DNA from: Chlamydiota bacterium
Lineage (GTDB): Bacteria > Chlamydiota > Chlamydiia > Chlamydiales > SM23-39
Assembly: GCA_027451825.1 (NCBI GenBank)
Contig: DAIDHZ010000001.1
Span: 29,942-93,941, forward strand
Length of the DNA stretch: 64,000 bases
Direction: 5' to 3'
Notes under the pieces: model-generated
What the model was told of the DNA's origin: nothing
What the model saw: the letters and a program-made list of their open reading frames with translations, nothing else
Databases searched by the model: none
Shown here: positions 8,175-16,594 of the stretch, piece by piece
Layout: each line of letters opens with the position of its first letter
Position numbering within the stretch: the stretch's first letter is position 1
Made by a program: the position numbers and the translations under genes

Positions 8175-9296
8175 TTAAACAAGGTCTTTTTCTATCAAAA
8201 GAGCCAAGTTTCTTTCAACTATAAGTTGAAAAAACAGAACTTCCTTCACCCAAAGCCTTGCTGAACTCCACATTCTACCCAATCCATCCGCTACCCTAAA
8301 ATCAACATAAAGGCCTTCATGTCCATCTTCCGATTGATATGACCACCCCAATGTTTTTAAGGCATCTGAAATCAGGCGAAATGTCTGGTCTTTACGCTTA
8401 AAACAGCAAAAGACCTCACATTCAAAGCCTAAAATATTAAGTGTTTTTCGAATGGATTGCAAGGAAGAAGTGAGATTTTTTACAAAAGCGGTCACATGAA
8501 AGACCGTCTTTTCCATCGAATCTAAGAGTCCAAGCTCTTCTATACACGAATTCTCGCCATTCTCTATTAAAGAAAAAACTTCACCCACATGAGAAACGTT
8601 CATTTTCTTCATGATTTTCTGATGTTTTTGAACACGATCCAGAGAGAATTTAGAAAGCTCTACCTGAAAAACCCCTTCAAAAAGAGATTGTTTGAATCGA
8701 GAAATCAGATTTTCTTTCGCTAAAATCCCCTTTTCCAGCCAAATCAACTTACCCTCTTCAATCATCCAAAAATCTTTAAATAACCCAACCTCTTCATGCC
8801 GCACTCTTGGGTATCTTTGCCATTTTTTCAAAAATTCCTTAAGCCCATCTTTCGAAGCATTGGCAACTCCCAAAACTCGAATCCTCTCTTGATCCAATGC
8901 AACCACAGGAAAAAGTTTAAACGCAGAAAGCTCCTTGGAAGAAGAAAGAACACTTCCCGAGCAAAGATCCGCAAAAGATCCCATCTGAAAAATGGAAAAC
9001 AATCCACCCTCTTCCATTTGCTCTGCTCGAAGAAAATGACCTTTACTCTTCAAAAATTCTCGAGCGCTGAAAGCCACCATCTCCAAGCATCGAATCTCTC
9101 GATTTTCTTTCACAATCTGACGCATTTTTTCTTCAATCTGCAGATGCAACTCGGGGTGAATGGGATGAGGAAACTCAAAATCATAGAAGAAACCGTAAGA
9201 GGTCGCACCGCCATTGATTAACTGAATATTCGGAAACAACTCAAAAACAGCCGCAGCTAAAATTTCTGCAGCAGTTAGACTCAATGAATTCATCAT
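8175..9296 (-). CDS. Degenerate threonyl-tRNA synthetase-like protein (no TGS domain, no anticodon-binding domain, editing-site residues replaced)
   Basis: It is collinear with E. coli ThrRS residues ~70-520: GFFYDFEF vs GFYYDVDL, FADLCSGSV vs YVDMCRGPH, PRVRHEEVG vs KRDHRKIG, GLYVDFRV vs GPKIEFTL. It ends at IVERNLALLIEKD vs GSMERFIGILTEE (motif 3). It occupies the thrS position upstream of infC. Confidence 0.7.
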   Translation of the reverse strand: MMNSLSLTAAEILAAAVFELFPNIQLINGGATSYGFFYDFEFPHPIHPELHLQIEEKMRQIVKENREIRCLEMVAFSAREFLKSKGHFLRAEQMEEGGLFSIFQMGSFADLCSGSVLSSSKELSAFKLFPVVALDQERIRVLGVANASKDGLKEFLKKWQRYPRVRHEEVGLFKDFWMIEEGKLIWLEKGILAKENLISRFKQSLFEGVFQVELSKFSLDRVQKHQKIMKKMNVSHVGEVFSLIENGENSCIEELGLLDSMEKTVFHVTAFVKNLTSSLQSIRKTLNILGFECEVFCCFKRKDQTFRLISDALKTLGWSYQSEDGHEGLYVDFRVADGLGRMWSSARLWVKEVLFFQLIVERNLALLIEKDLV

Positions 9297-9312
9297 GAAA
9301 ATTTCTTGAAAA

Positions 9313-9389
9313 TGGTGGGATGTAGCTGACTCGAACAGCTGACCTCCACGATGTCAACGTGGCGCTCTAACCAACTGAGCTAACACCCC
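9313..9389 (-). tRNA. tRNA-Val (anticodon GAC), CCA encoded
   Basis: The minus strand reads GGGGTGTTAGCTCAGTTGGTTAGAGCGCCACGTTGACATCGTGGAGGTCAGCTGTTCGAGTCAGCTACATCCCACCA, which folds as a cloverleaf with anticodon loop TTGACAT. Confidence 0.93.
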
Positions 9390-9447
9390 AGAAAAAAGGC
9401 AAATCATATGCGATACAAGATTTAAAATCTATGGTAGAATTTATGCC

Positions 9448-10035
9448 ATGAATGAAAAAGAAAAAAGATCGCCTCATATTCAGATGGCCCACAAGTATTG
9501 GCAAGGCCACCTTCAGCCCGGAGATTGCGTGATTGACGCTACATGCGGCAATGGCCACGACACTCTTTTTTTAAGTCAAATTGTCCTCTCCGCTGAAGAG
9601 GGAAAAGTCATTGGGTTTGACATTCAAGAAAAAGCCATCATGAATACAAAAGAAAGGCTCAAAAATCACTTACAAGACTCTCAGCTCAATCAAGTTTTTC
9701 TCTTTCACAAACCACATCAAGAACTCAAAAGCATCGCCCTTGAAAAACCGCCTCAACTGATTGTCTATAATCTCGGCTACTTACCCGGCGGAGATAAAAC
9801 AAAAACAACGCAAACACATGAAACCCTTCAAAGCATCGAGCAAAGTCTTGCCATCATTGCAAAAAATGGAGCCCTCTCGATCACCTGTTATCCGGGGCAT
9901 TCGGAAGGAGAAAAAGAAGAAAAAGCAATTCTTCAATACGTCGCATCGCTGCCATCTACAGAATGGGTTGTTTCTTATCATGCTTGGGTCAATCGACCTA
10001 AATCCCCATCCCTTCTTTGGATCGTAAGAATCTGA
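9448..10035 (+). CDS. mnmM: YtqB/MnmM-type class I SAM-dependent methyltransferase
   Basis: DATCGNGHDTLFL, YNLGYLPGGDK and CYPGHSEGEKE align closely with my recollection of B. subtilis YtqB (DATMGNGHDTQFL, FNLGYLPGGDK, VYHGHPEGK). Confidence 0.8.
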   Translation: MNEKEKRSPHIQMAHKYWQGHLQPGDCVIDATCGNGHDTLFLSQIVLSAEEGKVIGFDIQEKAIMNTKERLKNHLQDSQLNQVFLFHKPHQELKSIALEKPPQLIVYNLGYLPGGDKTKTTQTHETLQSIEQSLAIIAKNGALSITCYPGHSEGEKEEKAILQYVASLPSTEWVVSYHAWVNRPKSPSLLWIVRI

Positions 10036-11276
10036 TCCATGATGTAAAAACTTCCACATACAATATTCAGTTCAGCATCATGAAGCACATCCAATACAGA
10101 TGATGAAATGGTGATTGAAGATATACTGTGCGCGGTTAGGTTTTGAAGATTTGGACTGGCTGCGACCTTGCCAAATCGATCTTCGTCGTCGCCCTTCCCA
10201 ATTTGGGAATGGTGCTCCTCCTGCAGACTGCGAGCAATACTCGCTTCGATTTGGCTTTGTCTCGCAGAGTCCAAATCTTCAAAACCTAACCGCGCGCAGT
10301 ATAGATAAGCTTGCAAAACCGATGCAGATTCAAGCCTTGGCTTCTTACTTTCGATGGCCGTAATCGATGCAGCATAAGGCAAGATCTTATCCAAACATGC
10401 CTTCCAATCCTTATCCTTGGAAAAGCTCACAATAAAATGATATTTTTCTTTTGGATAAAAATAAAAAAGCGCTTCTAAAAGTTTTTCAAATCCGCTCTTG
10501 TTATGAGCCACATCTAAAATGACTTTTTTATCATCCACAATTCTTTCTTGAAAACGACATAAAGGCCTCGCCATTAAACCCTTTTCGATCGCTTTTGAAG
10601 AAATGGATAAAAGACGAAGAGCAGATCTTGCAATCTCTTGATTTTCCAAATCAAAAAAAGGAGCAGACTTTGATACAATCGCGTTTGGGAAAAAGGGCGC
10701 TGCGGAAGGACCTACAACAACAGGAATATTACCCTTTACAATCCCCCTCTTTTCTTCTGCAATCTCTTCCAAGGTATTCCCAAGTAAATGCATATGATCA
10801 AAGCCAATCGAAGTGATGATGGCCATCTCAGGCTCAATGATATTTGTCGCATCGAACTTGCCCCCAAGCCCCGTTTCAATCACTGCAAAATCCACTTTCT
10901 TTTCTCGAAAATAAACGAAGGCCAGATGCGTTAAAACATCAAAAAAAGAAAGCCCATATCGATCTAGATCAAACAGCTGTTTTAAAATCCGAAAAAAATC
11001 TTCCTTAGGTATGTGCTCCTCATTGATCTGGATTCTTTCTCGAACATCCACTAAATGAGGCGATGTATAAAGACCTACCTTAAAACCTTCTTCTTGAAGT
11101 GCTTTTGCAATTTTAGTAACAACGGATCCTTTTCCATTGGTTCCTGCCACATGAATCGATTTAAACGCTCGATGAGGATGATCTAAAAGAACATCCATTT
11201 GACGCATGCATGTTAAAGATCTCTCTTTTCTCGTAGGAAGATTGAATAATTTTTGAAGAAGAAAATCATCGTTCAT
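9978..11276 (-). CDS. folC: Folylpolyglutamate synthase / dihydrofolate synthase carrying an in-frame ~60-codon palindromic-element insertion near the C-terminus
   Basis: Mur-ligase P-loop VAGTNGKGS, then TSPHLVDVRERI, DVAHN and the C-terminal VCGSFY. The start is set at ATG 11276 (MNDDFLL); the track start is 11300. The 3' end overlaps the convergent mnmM gene by 58 nt. Confidence 0.88.
   Translation of the reverse strand: MNDDFLLQKLFNLPTRKERSLTCMRQMDVLLDHPHRAFKSIHVAGTNGKGSVVTKIAKALQEEGFKVGLYTSPHLVDVRERIQINEEHIPKEDFFRILKQLFDLDRYGLSFFDVLTHLAFVYFREKKVDFAVIETGLGGKFDATNIIEPEMAIITSIGFDHMHLLGNTLEEIAEEKRGIVKGNIPVVVGPSAAPFFPNAIVSKSAPFFDLENQEIARSALRLLSISSKAIEKGLMARPLCRFQERIVDDKKVILDVAHNKSGFEKLLEALFYFYPKEKYHFIVSFSKDKDWKACLDKILPYAASITAIESKKPRLESASVLQAYLYCARLGFEDLDSARQSQIEASIARSLQEEHHSQIGKGDDEDRFGKVAASPNLQNLTAHSISSITISSSVLDVLHDAELNIVCGSFYIMDQILTIQRRDGDLGRLTQA
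10122..10303. mobile_element. Family B palindromic element (182 bp, ~36-bp terminal inverted repeats) inside folC
   Basis: The left arm TATACTGTGCGCGGTTAGGTTTTGAAGATTTGGACT matches the reverse complement of the right arm AGTCCAAATCTTCAAAACCTAACCGCGCGCAGTATA with 1 mismatch. A second internal arm pair is GCGACCTTGCCAAATCGA / TCGATTTGGCTTTGTCTCGC. Two central hairpins are TTCCC-AATTT-GGGAA and GCGAG-CAATA-CTCGC. The element is open in frames on both strands. Confidence 0.8.
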
Positions 11277-12105
11277 GGAATAAACTTTCAAAAATATCAA
11301 GACTTACCCAAGAAGCTCCAAGTGCTACATTAGGTCTTATGAGTCCGTGATAATCAGAGCCTCCTGTAGGAATCCACCCTTTCTTCTTTGCAAGATCAAG
11401 CCACGGTTTTTCTAAATGTTTATCTAAAGTTCCATAGTAACACTCAATTCCATCAAAAGGAAAAACCAAAAGATCGCGAAGAATTCTTTTTTCTTTAATA
11501 AAATGAGGATGTGCAAGCACTGCCTTGCCTCTTGCTTGATGAATGGCCTGAATGACTTCCAAAGGCGTCAATCGAAATCCAGCCACATAGCAACAAGCTC
11601 TATCTTTCAGATAAAGATCAAATGCCTCTTGAAAACTAGAAACATATCCTTTTTCAATCATTAAAGCTGCAATGTGAGGCCGTCCAATCACCTGGTGAGC
11701 AACTCTACCCGTTTTTTGACCCACAAAATCCCAAAGCTCTTTTTCTGAAATCGGTTTCTTTTTTTGAGAAAGCTTTTCCAAAATCAATCGATTTCTTTCT
11801 CGTCTTTTTTCTTGCGTCTTTCCAATCACATCCAAAAGAGAAGAGGATTTTAAATCAAAGCCATATCCTAAAATATGAACTGTGTTTCCATATAAAGATG
11901 AAGAAATCTCAATTCCAGGTAAAATACGAATCTCTAAAGATTGAGCAAAAGCCAAAACTTCATCTGTATACGCGTCAATACAATCATGATCCGTGATCGA
12001 CAGTCCCGAAAGGCCAACTTCTTTTGCTTTTTTTAAAAGAGTGATTGGATCATCAGACCCATCGGAATAATTTGTATGACAATGCAAATCCGCTCGAAAA
12101 GTCAT
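11266..12105 (-). CDS. PHP-domain metal-dependent phosphoesterase (TrpH/YciV family)
   Basis: The N-terminal DLHCHTNYSDGS motif, plus ITDHD and AHP histidine clusters. Confidence 0.85.
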   Translation of the reverse strand: MTFRADLHCHTNYSDGSDDPITLLKKAKEVGLSGLSITDHDCIDAYTDEVLAFAQSLEIRILPGIEISSSLYGNTVHILGYGFDLKSSSLLDVIGKTQEKRRERNRLILEKLSQKKKPISEKELWDFVGQKTGRVAHQVIGRPHIAALMIEKGYVSSFQEAFDLYLKDRACCYVAGFRLTPLEVIQAIHQARGKAVLAHPHFIKEKRILRDLLVFPFDGIECYYGTLDKHLEKPWLDLAKKKGWIPTGGSDYHGLIRPNVALGASWVSLDIFESLFHER

Positions 12106-12956
12106 AAAACTCTAATTTCCGTTTCTAAAAGAACCCCTGTTCTTTCCTTGACCTTTTCTTGCACGATTCGAATCAATTGAAGAACATCTTCACTCGTTGC
12201 TCTAGATTCATTGATCAAAAAATTCCCATGAACTTCAGACACTTTAGCGCCGCCATAGCGCAATCCTTTCAAGCCGCACTTGTCAATCAATGCACCTGCA
12301 GACCCTTCTTTAGGATTGCGAAAAACACACCCTGCACTCTTTTCTTTTAAAGGCTGCGTTTGCATCCGATAGTCAATGATCGAAAGCTGTTTATTTCTTG
12401 CATCTTGACACTCATTCAGTGCAAAGCCTGCATAAACAATCACACCTTTCATTTCTTGAAACGATGATTTTCTATAAGAAAAAACAAGCTCTTCTTTTGA
12501 AAATTGACGAACAGCTCCATCTTCCTGCAAAAATCCAACATAAGAAAGAAAGTCTTTTGTTTCATGGCCATTGGCTCCTGCATTCATAAAAACAGCACCG
12601 CCAACACTTGCAGGAATTCCGGCTGCAAATTCAAGCCCTGAAAAACCTTTCCTAGCACTTTGCACTCCCAATAAAGAAAAACTAAAACCTGCGCCCGCCT
12701 CTACATGAGGGCCATTCCATTTACAAAAATCAATCTTGTTCAATAAAACAACCCCATCAAAGCCAAGATCTGAAAACAAACAATTCGATCCCTTGCCGAT
12801 CACCAGATAGGGAAGCTTTTTTTGGAAAGCAAATACAAGAGCTTCCTTCATTTCATCAACAGTAGAAACTTCCGCAAAATAACGAATTGGCCCGCCAATG
12901 CCAAAAGTAGAAAATTCTTTAAGAAATCGCCCCTGAGAAAACTGAAGCCGCTTCAT
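12102..12956 (-). CDS. murB: UDP-N-acetylenolpyruvoylglucosamine reductase
   Basis: FGIGGP...GKGSNCLF FAD-binding motifs, GAGALIDKCGLKG, and the C-terminal ETEIRV. Confidence 0.93.
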   Translation of the reverse strand: MKRLQFSQGRFLKEFSTFGIGGPIRYFAEVSTVDEMKEALVFAFQKKLPYLVIGKGSNCLFSDLGFDGVVLLNKIDFCKWNGPHVEAGAGFSFSLLGVQSARKGFSGLEFAAGIPASVGGAVFMNAGANGHETKDFLSYVGFLQEDGAVRQFSKEELVFSYRKSSFQEMKGVIVYAGFALNECQDARNKQLSIIDYRMQTQPLKEKSAGCVFRNPKEGSAGALIDKCGLKGLRYGGAKVSEVHGNFLINESRATSEDVLQLIRIVQEKVKERTGVLLETEIRVL

Positions 12957-13362
12957 TTTGGACCTTTTTATACAAGCGATCTAAAATCGCATTCACAAAT
13001 TGCGCGCTCTCAGGAGTTCCAAATTTTCGAGTCAGCCGGATTGCCTCAGCAATCACAACTAAAGGAGGAATGCTTGCATCAAAGAGCATCTCGTATACTC
13101 CCAAACGCAATATATTTTTTTCAACACGAGAAATTCGATCAAAACTATATTCCGTTGAAAATAGAGCAATTTGCTCATCAATCAAGACAAGTTTTTCCTT
13201 GATCTCTGCCACCTTTTCTTTAGCCAAAAGAACAGATTTCTTCGTCACTTTCAATTCCGCCATCAGCATCAAAGCGGTTTCCTCTGCTTCCGGAGATGGA
13301 AAGTCCGTACTATAAAGGATTTGGAACACAATCTCTCGAAATTTTTGAACAGGTAAAGCCAT
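12919..13362 (-). CDS. nusB: Transcription antitermination factor NusB
   Basis: REIVFQILYS...ILRLGVYEM...PPLVVIAEAIRLTRKFG. The start is moved to ATG 13362 (MALPVQKF); the track start is 13446. Confidence 0.88.
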   Translation of the reverse strand: MALPVQKFREIVFQILYSTDFPSPEAEETALMLMAELKVTKKSVLLAKEKVAEIKEKLVLIDEQIALFSTEYSFDRISRVEKNILRLGVYEMLFDASIPPLVVIAEAIRLTRKFGTPESAQFVNAILDRLYKKVQNEAASVFSGAIS

Positions 13363-13476
13363 ATGTTGCTTAGAATATAGCAAAAACAGAGACTTGTACG
13401 AAATATTTATTCTCTTCAAAAAATGATTGCACTCTTTTACACTCATTGTTAATCTTAGTCGTTAGACCGGAGAGAG

Positions 13477-14088
13477 ATGTTAGGGGTATTTCTCGATACA
13501 GAGACCAATGGGCTCAATCCTCAGTTTCACAAAATCGTAGAGATTGCATTTAAGATCGTAGATCTGATGACAGGGGCCGTTCAAGAAGAGTATCATTCCA
13601 TCATTGCTTGGCCTTTTGAGGATTGGCAAAAAAGCGATCCCGAAAGTCTTCAGATCAATCATTTTACCTGGGAAGAAGTTCAAGCAGGAAAACCTCCTGC
13701 CTTGGCGGCTCAAGAAATTATTGCCTGTTTTAAAAGATGGAACATTCAAAGAAAAAAAGCGGTCTTCATTTGTCAAAATCCGTCCTTTGATCGAATTTTC
13801 TTTTCACAACTCATCTCTTCTGATACGCAAGAACGTTTAAATTGGCCGTATCACTGGCTTGATCTTGCCTCCATGCATTGGTCTCTATCCATGGATAAAG
13901 CGAAAAAAAAACAAGGCCCGCTTCCTTGGGAAATTGGCGTCTCTAAAGATCTGATCGCCTCATCTCACAATCTTCCTTCAGAAGAAAAACCGCATCGAGC
14001 AATGAATGGAGTAGCGCACTTGCTTCTTTGCTACAAAGCAGTCGTCGGATTCCCCGGCCATTCGGGGTCGTCCAACAATAACTTCTAA
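13477..14088 (+). CDS. DEDD-family 3'-5' exonuclease (DnaQ/oligoribonuclease-like)
   Basis: Exo I is FLDTETNGL, Exo II is CQNPSFDRIFF, and Exo III is HRAMNGVAH. The usual Asp five residues after the His is not obvious. Confidence 0.75.
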   Translation: MLGVFLDTETNGLNPQFHKIVEIAFKIVDLMTGAVQEEYHSIIAWPFEDWQKSDPESLQINHFTWEEVQAGKPPALAAQEIIACFKRWNIQRKKAVFICQNPSFDRIFFSQLISSDTQERLNWPYHWLDLASMHWSLSMDKAKKKQGPLPWEIGVSKDLIASSHNLPSEEKPHRAMNGVAHLLLCYKAVVGFPGHSGSSNNNF

Positions 14089-14130
14089 AATTTATGATTG
14101 GACAATCCCGAATGACCGGGATTATGCGAA

Positions 14131-14436
14131 TTATTTCAGCTTAGAGAACTCTAAAAGAGTTGTGAGGCCCTGCTCTAGACTTGCATAACTTTCTGAAGAT
14201 TCTGCCTGAATATATGCATTCAAATCATGCTCCAATCGAACATTATGCTTATAAGCACCTTGTCTTTCCAATTCTTTCAAAGAAGCATTGATCAACGCTA
14301 AATGATCTCGCATTGTAACTGCGATTCTTTTTTTATCATCCGAAGATGCCTCTTTATACTGCTGTAAACTTTTACGAAAATGAAAACAGCCATCCTTAAG
14401 GTCTTTCTTATGTTTTTCTCTAGAATCATTTGTCAT
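14131..14436 (-). CDS. Small helical hypothetical protein (101 aa)
   Basis: ORF downstream of the EamA gene with an 11-nt overlap. The start is set at ATG 14436 (MTNDSREKHKK). No family recognised. Confidence 0.45.
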   Translation of the reverse strand: MTNDSREKHKKDLKDGCFHFRKSLQQYKEASSDDKKRIAVTMRDHLALINASLKELERQGAYKHNVRLEHDLNAYIQAESSESYASLEQGLTTLLEFSKLK

Positions 14437-15349
14437 AACAGATCTCCTTTGTTTCTTCGATCTTTGTGCGATATAAAATATACAAATTGCTACCAATAAT
14501 CAATGCTGCGCCCCACAGCGTATACTGATCTGGATGTTTCATCCACCATAAACAGTCAATGGCAATCACCCAAAAAAAACTCGAATAATCAATCGGAGCT
14601 AATGTCGATCCTTGAGCAAATCGAAGAGCTTGTGCAATAGCATATTGCCCACCTGCGGTCACAAGACCAATGAAGAAAAAAACAGCCACGTCGTACCAAC
14701 TCATCACTGTCCAATCATTCAAGATAAATGGCAAACTCACCAAAACCATCATGAGATTCGGATAAATAGCGATGGCTAAACTATGTTCAGTCGTCGCTAA
14801 TTTCCTCATCAGCACTTTATTAAGAGCCCCCAAAAAAGCGCCCATTAAAATCACAAGTGCAGAAAACTCAAAAATGCCATGGCTGATCCGTGTTGCAATC
14901 AATACTCCAATAAGCCCTACACAAACTGCAAACCACTTTTCCTTGCCAACTTTTTCTTTCAATAAAAGAGCACTTAAAAAAATCATAAAAAACGCTGACG
15001 AATAACCCACTGCATATACAGTGGTTAAAGAGGCAATCGAAAATGCATACATAAACGAATAAGTATAAGCAAGACTCACCAATAAACGAGCCCCATGCCA
15101 TCCAATGACTTTCGTCGCAAAAATTTGTTTAAAGCCCCCTTGAAAAAACACAGCCATGCATAAGGGAATAAGACGCATGGAAGATCTTAAAAAACTGGTT
15201 TGATAAACCGAGTAAGTCTCAATAAAATGCTTGATAAAAGCATCAGAAATGCCATACAAAGCAATCCCAATAATCATCAAGAAAACACCCAAAACCGACC
15301 GATTCTGAAGCGTACGTGCTGAAAATGTTTCTAAAGCCATGTCCTTCAT
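14426..15349 (-). CDS. EamA/DMT-superfamily transporter
   Basis: 10 TM profile with two EamA-like halves, 307 aa. Confidence 0.8.
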   Translation of the reverse strand: MKDMALETFSARTLQNRSVLGVFLMIIGIALYGISDAFIKHFIETYSVYQTSFLRSSMRLIPLCMAVFFQGGFKQIFATKVIGWHGARLLVSLAYTYSFMYAFSIASLTTVYAVGYSSAFFMIFLSALLLKEKVGKEKWFAVCVGLIGVLIATRISHGIFEFSALVILMGAFLGALNKVLMRKLATTEHSLAIAIYPNLMMVLVSLPFILNDWTVMSWYDVAVFFFIGLVTAGGQYAIAQALRFAQGSTLAPIDYSSFFWVIAIDCLWWMKHPDQYTLWGAALIIGSNLYILYRTKIEETKEICYDK

Positions 15350-15411
15350 AGCTTATCATAAAATCACTTTTTTCTTGCGTTTTTTTAAATGACAACACAA
15401 ATAGAAAATAG

Positions 15412-15521
15412 ATACCGAAACAACTTGAAGAATCGGGAATTTGGCAAGGAGAATTCTCGAAATTTTTATTCGGAGAGAGCAACTATTGCCAAGTTCCCGA
15501 TTCTTCAAGTTGTTTCGGTAT
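15412..15521. mobile_element. Family A palindromic element, short form (110 bp)
   Basis: ATACCGAAACAACTTGAAGAATCGGGAA at the left end pairs with TTCCCGATTCTTCAAGTTGTTTCGGTAT at the right end as perfect 28-bp terminal inverted repeats. It lies between the divergent EamA and SDR genes. Confidence 0.85.
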
Positions 15522-15541
15522 AAGCTTAAAAGTGGAATATT

Positions 15542-16594
15542 ATGCAAAAAAATGTGATCGTCGTCACGGGGAGCTGTGGACGTATAGGGACGGAAGTTGT
15601 CAAACGACTTGGGGAAAGATATACAATTTTAGGATTCGAACTTCTCAAGGCCATTTATGCATCAAAAAATGAAGAACTGATTCCTGTCGATCTTTCATCC
15701 GATGAAAGCGTTCATCAGGCCTTCACCCATATTAAAAATTTTTACGGCACTCAAATCACAGCCGTCATCCACTTAGCTGCCTATTACAGCTTTTCTGAAA
15801 AACACTCTGAAAAATATGAAACAATCACAGTCAAAGGGACAGAGCGGCTTCTTAAAGCGCTTCAAGATTTTGAAGTCGAACAATTTATATTTACAAGCAC
15901 CATGCTTGTTCATGCCCCAACAAAGCCTGGATGTCCCATTACAGAAGACTCTCCTGTGAAACCAAGCTGGGATTACCCTCTTTCTAAAGTACATACAGAA
16001 AAAGTAATTCATGAACTTCGCGGGAAAATCCCAACCGTCATCTTGCGCGTTGCCGGAGTCTATGATGATGAATGCCACTCGATCCCCATCAGCAACCAAA
16101 TCCAAAGAATTTACGAACATCAATTAGAAGCAAAATTTTTTGCAGGAAATTTAAATCACGGGGCCTCTTTTGTTCACATGCAAGATCTCGTGGATGCCAT
16201 TGAACTTGCTGTTGAAAAAAGAAAAGAACTTCCGAATGAACTGACCCTTCTGATTGGAGAGCCAAAAACACTGAGCTATAATGAACTTCAAAAAGCGATT
16301 TCATGTCTTCTGTTCGGCAAAGAAATCAAAACGTACTCTCTTCCTAAGTGGTTTGCAAAATTAGGAGCCTTTTTAAAATGCTGCATTGCCATTCAACACA
16401 AACCATTCATACGTCCTTGGATGATTGATCTTGCAGATGACCATTATGAACTCTGTATTGCAAAAGCAGAGCGCTACCTTGAATGGTTCCCCAAACACTC
16501 TCTGGAAAAAACACTCCCTATCATGATCGATCATTTGACCAAAAATCCGACTCATTGGTACAGAATCAACCAATTAAGAGCTCATGCAAAATAA
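15542..16594 (+). CDS. NAD(P)-dependent epimerase/dehydratase-family (extended SDR) protein
   Basis: N-terminal Rossmann motif VTGSCGRIGTEVV and a YPLSK active-site-like YxxxK. Confidence 0.8.
   Translation: MQKNVIVVTGSCGRIGTEVVKRLGERYTILGFELLKAIYASKNEELIPVDLSSDESVHQAFTHIKNFYGTQITAVIHLAAYYSFSEKHSEKYETITVKGTERLLKALQDFEVEQFIFTSTMLVHAPTKPGCPITEDSPVKPSWDYPLSKVHTEKVIHELRGKIPTVILRVAGVYDDECHSIPISNQIQRIYEHQLEAKFFAGNLNHGASFVHMQDLVDAIELAVEKRKELPNELTLLIGEPKTLSYNELQKAISCLLFGKEIKTYSLPKWFAKLGAFLKCCIAIQHKPFIRPWMIDLADDHYELCIAKAERYLEWFPKHSLEKTLPIMIDHLTKNPTHWYRINQLRAHAK

Noticed and set aside
10115-10363. An 82-aa plus-strand ORF antisense to folC
   Set aside because: It is open only because it runs through the family B palindrome, whose two strands encode similar stop-free sequence. 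It is embedded in a well-supported folC reading frame.
14053-14123. An inverted repeat CCGGCCATTCGGGG / TCCCGAATGACCGG spanning the exonuclease stop codon, plus the hairpin AATCCCG-AATGAC-CGGGATT
   Set aside because: It could be a weak terminator between convergent genes, but the stems are short, contain mismatches and lack a clear U-tract. The evidence is too weak to annotate.
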